Part shown: positions 61,560 through 64,000 of the stretch, in pieces
Layout: each line of letters starts with the position of its first letter
How positions within the stretch are numbered: position 1 is the first letter of the stretch
Assembly: GCA_964187785.1 (NCBI GenBank)
Contig: OZ076409.1
Location: 93,250,001-93,314,000, forward strand
DNA length: 64,000 nucleotides
Direction: 5' to 3'
From: Amphiscolops sp. MND2022
Lineage: Eukaryota
The notes under the pieces: generated by a model
Database searches by the model: none
What the model was told of the DNA's origin: nothing
What the model saw: only the letters and a program-made list of their open reading frames with translations
Translations under genes and position numbers: made by a program

Positions 61560-64000
61560 TTATGCTAACATACTATTGAAAGGACAGAATATTGAAAGCA
61601 AAGACATATTGAATGATTGAATACGATAAAAGACGACGTTTTTATACAACCGGTAGTAATAACTGTAAAGAAAGAACGTTCTGTAAAAATAACGCTAGAT
61701 GCACGAGCGCTAAATAACTCAATTGCAAAAGACAAGTACCAAATGCTGAATTTAGAAAATTTAATGGACATGATCGCAGAGAAAATCGACGGAAACGAAG
61801 GACAAGTATGGTATTCCTCGGTCGATATGAAGTCTGCTTACGGATAAATGCCATTAGATGAAAGTACGGCTAAACATTGTAATTTTCAAATTATCGGCGG
61901 AAAATCAACCGGTACTTACCTATTCATAACCGGACACTACGGATGCTGACCGAATTTCAGAAAATAATGGATATAACTTTTGTAAATATGGACTGTACTT
62001 TTGTGTATATAGACAATATTTTAATAATTACAAAGGGTGAAAAAAGTGTACATATGCAAAAAGTCCGGTGTGTGTTAAAAGTGTTAGATAGCGCGATTTT
62101 GCAATTGAGAGCAGACAAATATAAAATAGCTTGTACAAAAATAGAATGGTTGGGATACGAGTTGTCCGTGGAAGCCAGTTCCCCAGTAAATGGCAATGTG
62201 CAATCAAATACCGGAAGTCTGCGACCAGGTAATTTGAGAGAGCTGAGATCATTCGTGGGAGCGATTAACCAACTAAACAAATTTGTACCTGATTTAGCTA
62301 ACATTTGCGCACCGTTTAGATCAATATTGAAAAAAGAAGCTGGAAGGGAATGGACGCAAGAACATGAGGAGGCATTAAAAAAATAATAACAAAGAAGGTA
62401 AAAGAATAACGGAATTGACACATTTTAAGAGAGATAAGAAATTGCGAACTATCTGTGATGCGAGCAAACAAGGACTAGGGGCTGTCCTTCAGCAAGATAA
62501 CAAGGGTGGAAACCGGTGTCATATGCGTCTAGATATTCAAAACATTTTGAATCCAGATATTCGATTAATGAATTGGAACTATTAGCTGTGGTTTGGGCGT
62601 TCGAACAGTTTGAAAATTACGTGTATGGCACGAAATTGCAAGTAATACCAGGCCATAAGGCATTGGCATCCGTGCTGAAATTGAAAAGAAGTAATAAAAC
62701 ATTCTCCAGCTGTTTAACAAGATGGGTGGATCGGTTATTGCCATTCAAATTTGAAGTTACTCATGCACCAGGAAGAGTATTAGGTTTTCGGAATATTTAT
62801 CAAGACATCTAAGCAAGATAAAAGGGAATGCGATAAATTCCGACAAACTATGGATCGACTGGTTCACCGTAAATACAATTACGAAAATTGATGCTATTTC
62901 AGAGAATGAGACAACTCCACTGGAGACGCCAAAAACGATGAAAATGCCGCGCGCGCCTGATTCGGTATTGAGAGTGGAAAGCGAGCAAGATGTGCATCAA
63001 GCTGAGAAAGCTACAGAACGAAAAAGTAATCAGCCAATTAGATCGCAGGAAAATTACGCGCGGACGAACGAACAGAAAATAAGTGCGGAACAAAATCTAA
63101 ACGGAATAACCGAGCAACGAAATCGCAAAACCATGTTCAATAACGCTTCCAATGTTTTTGATAAAATTAATGACTCATTCCTGCCCGCAAGCTACGAGCC
63201 AATAAAATGCTTCAAAAAGTCATTCAATTAGTAAAAACCAAAGAAGGGGCAAATATGTCCCGGTTGCCTGCATCCTGGCGCAAAAAATTCAATACATTCA
63301 GCGTCGACAGTCGAAATTACTTGTATATGGATGAACGGCTAGTGATCCTACTATTTTACGCGCCTCGATCATAAGTTCAATACATAACGGACACCATGGC
63401 AGAGATACCATGCTCCGGTATATTTCCGACATCTGGTGGCCCAAAAAACACCACGAAGTGGTCACAACGGCGAAATGTTGCGACCAGTGCAACCTAGCAG
63501 GTAAAAAAAACCTTTACTGAAACAAAAGCAATTTGGGAAAATTCCAAAATCCGAAAATCCAAACAACGAAATAACACTAGATTTCGCGGGTCTCTTTCAA
63601 ATTGCGGAACACGGAAAGAAACATTTGTTAGTAGCTGTAGACCATTTTTCTGCGTGGCCCGACGCCCTATTTTTACATAAGGTAACAACCAAGAATGTTT
63701 TTGAATTTTTACAGAAATACATATCATAGTATGGTATATCGAAACAAATTAGACCCGATCCAGGCACAGTGTTTAATAGCGAAGAGTTCAAAACGTTTTG
63801 CCGGCAATTTCAAGTAAATCACATAACCTGCCCAGTGCGCGATCACCGGGGAAATGGCAAACTCGAGCGACTGATCCGAACCATAAACGAACGTCTCAGG
63901 ACGAATGAAAACATTGTCCTTAAACGAGACAAAACAGCCCACTCGGAAATACTAAACGCTTTAAGAATGCGAGAAAAAGCGGACGGAAAATCGCCATTTG
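61560..64000 (+). pseudogene. pol: Decayed Gypsy-type pol (RT, RNase H, integrase), continuing past the window end
   Basis: Fragments PVVITVKKERSVKITLDARALN, FVYIDNILI, CDASKQGLGAVL, YSINELELLAVVWA, HxGHHGRD...WWP, LDFAG, HRGNGKLERLIRT; multiple stops and frameshifts. Confidence 0.9.

Overview
AT-rich, repeat-dense, intron-containing eukaryotic (animal-like) genomic DNA dominated by two large, cleanly bounded mobile elements, each inserted into an older MITE. (1) 16670-35297: an 18.6-kb Ty3/Gypsy LTR retrotransposon on the minus strand, with ~2.19-kb LTRs and a GTATT TSD. Its gag ORF starts ~310 bp inside the LTR, and it carries an 8-exon spliced ANTISENSE cargo gene that looks like a degenerate hAT-transposase derivative. 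(2) 37639-54518: a 16.9-kb DNA transposon with 29-bp TIRs. It encodes a RAG1/Transib-like DDE transposase plus three spliced chromatin genes: a PR-Set7/KMT5A-like SET methyltransferase (intact 6-exon model), a KDM2/KDM7-like JmjC demethylase with HxD...H intact, and a Tudor/chromo-barrel-like protein. This amounts to a candidate histone writer + eraser + reader kit on one transposon and is the most notable system here. Also present: 3' exons of a probable host class-A GPCR, a decayed second Gypsy pol at the window end, a probable isolated LTR, many Helentron/HINE-like repeats, MITEs, a tRNA-derived SINE-like head, two long near-perfect palindromes and a CRE-motif minisatellite. All protein assignments are from motif recognition by eye; no searches were run.
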